From an uncultured Candidatus Rokubacteria bacterium (GTDB lineage Bacteria; Methylomirabilota; Methylomirabilia; Rokubacteriales; DASRDR01): a stretch of DNA of 64,000 nt. The notes beneath the pieces are model-generated. The model worked only from the letters and a program-made list of their open reading frames with translations. It made no database searches and had not been told where the DNA came from. The DNA lies in contig CAWDVE010000019.1 in the NCBI GenBank assembly GCA_963805625.1, positions 192,001 through 256,000 of the forward strand, given 5' to 3'. A program made the translations under genes and the position numbers. Positions 63,173 to 64,000 of the stretch are shown here, in pieces (the stretch's first letter is position 1; every line of letters starts with the position of its first letter).

Positions 63173-63688
63173 CTAGACGGGCGAGTCGATTCCCAGCGCT
63201 CGCGCGACCTCGCGGATCGCCCCGGTCTCCGCCTCGCTCACCCGGATCCCGCCGACTCCGAGGAAGCCGCCCTCCTTCGTTGCCTCGGCGGTCCGCTGGG
63301 CGATCGTCACCAGCCAGCGCTTGACCCCGTCCGCTTCCTCCCGCGAGGCCTTCCGGTCGACGAGTGAGGCCAGCGTCCGGCAGGCGTCGAGGGCGTGCGC
63401 TCGGAGCTGCTCCGACGCCAGCCCGCGGAGCTCGGCCACGTCGACCTGCGCGCGGCCGTCCGGCGAGGTGAGGTCGGCCACGGCCGCGCGGAGGAGCGGG
63501 TTCGCGAGCTCGCCCTGGCCCTCCGCCTGGGTCTTCGTCTCGGCCACGAGCTTGCCCACGGCGAACATCTCCCGCAGCACCCCGAGGGGGCCGCTGGGGC
63601 TGGCGGCGATGACCGCCAGCCCCGCCATGAGTGGCGCCTTCAGGACGAGCCCCCACTCCTCGGTCGAATAGTCGGCCTTGGTCGACAT
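63173..63688 (-). CDS. Conserved hypothetical protein
   Basis: MSTKADYSTEEW..AASPSG..AEATKEGGFLGVGG.RVSEAE; SD GGAGGGAG. Confidence 0.75.
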   Translation of the reverse strand: MSTKADYSTEEWGLVLKAPLMAGLAVIAASPSGPLGVLREMFAVGKLVAETKTQAEGQGELANPLLRAAVADLTSPDGRAQVDVAELRGLASEQLRAHALDACRTLASLVDRKASREEADGVKRWLVTIAQRTAEATKEGGFLGVGGIRVSEAETGAIREVARALGIDSPV

Positions 63689-63722
63689 GGCGAGGCTCCC
63701 TCCGACCTCGTTCCGGGGCGCC

Positions 63723-64000
63723 TCAGGACTTGGCGGCGGGGGGGACGGGCATCCCGAGCGCCTGGAGCGCCTCGACCGTCTTCTTCTTGACGGCCTCAGC
63801 CTTGGCGACCGCGTCCGCGACGTTGCCGCCCTTGAACGCTGCCGTCGCGTCGTCCCAGCCCTTCGTGGCCTCCGCAAGACCGGCCTTGGCGGCCTCGAAC
63901 TGCTCCTTTGTGACGTTGGCGGGAAGCTTCTTGCTCTTCGAGAGGATGTCGACCCGCGACTTGACGGCCTCCACCATCTTCGGGAGACCAGCGCTCATCT
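63723..64000 (-). CDS. Hypothetical helical protein, C-terminal part (start lies beyond the window)
   Basis: Lys/Ala-rich helical ORF SRVDILSKSKKLP.. with strongly coding-like codon use. Confidence 0.7.
   Translation of the reverse strand, partial: MSAGLPKMVEAVKSRVDILSKSKKLPANVTKEQFEAAKAGLAEATKGWDDATAAFKGGNVADAVAKAEAVKKKTVEALQALGMPVPPAAKS

Overview
Very GC-rich bacterial chromosomal window (roughly 70% GC by eye). Gene content and style suggest an uncultured soil lineage such as Ca. Rokubacteria/Methylomirabilota; this is an inference. No rRNA, tRNA, CRISPR array or intact mobile element was found. Intact content: a zinc-ribbon/class III cyclase/AAA/TPR gene followed by a redoxin gene with an in-frame UGA; polyamine-type ABC genes; several amidohydrolases and oxidoreductases; three enolase-superfamily enzymes; topoisomerase IB; SrkA kinase; a FecR/DUF6600-like protein; M16 protease; iorAB-like genes; a nucleoside uptake/salvage operon (bmp-nup-cdd-deoA-upp) with passenger genes; a CopA-type ATPase; and a sugar-acid ABC/catabolic operon. 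Scattered 1-nt frameshifts look like long-read errors. About a dozen genes are instead real-looking remnants, often with large internal deletions that keep both gene ends. The strongest leads are: (1) a UxxC selenoprotein redoxin with a SECIS-like hairpin, directly downstream of a cyclase with a Cys-rich TPR tail, possibly a redox-to-cAMP module; (2) a signal-peptide-bearing protein with proteasome-beta/HslV Ntn-hydrolase hallmarks, next to a Tat-like putative metallopeptidase; (3) a small-protein plus M29-fold metalloenzyme pair reminiscent of RiPP systems. All family calls come from motif recognition, not database searches.
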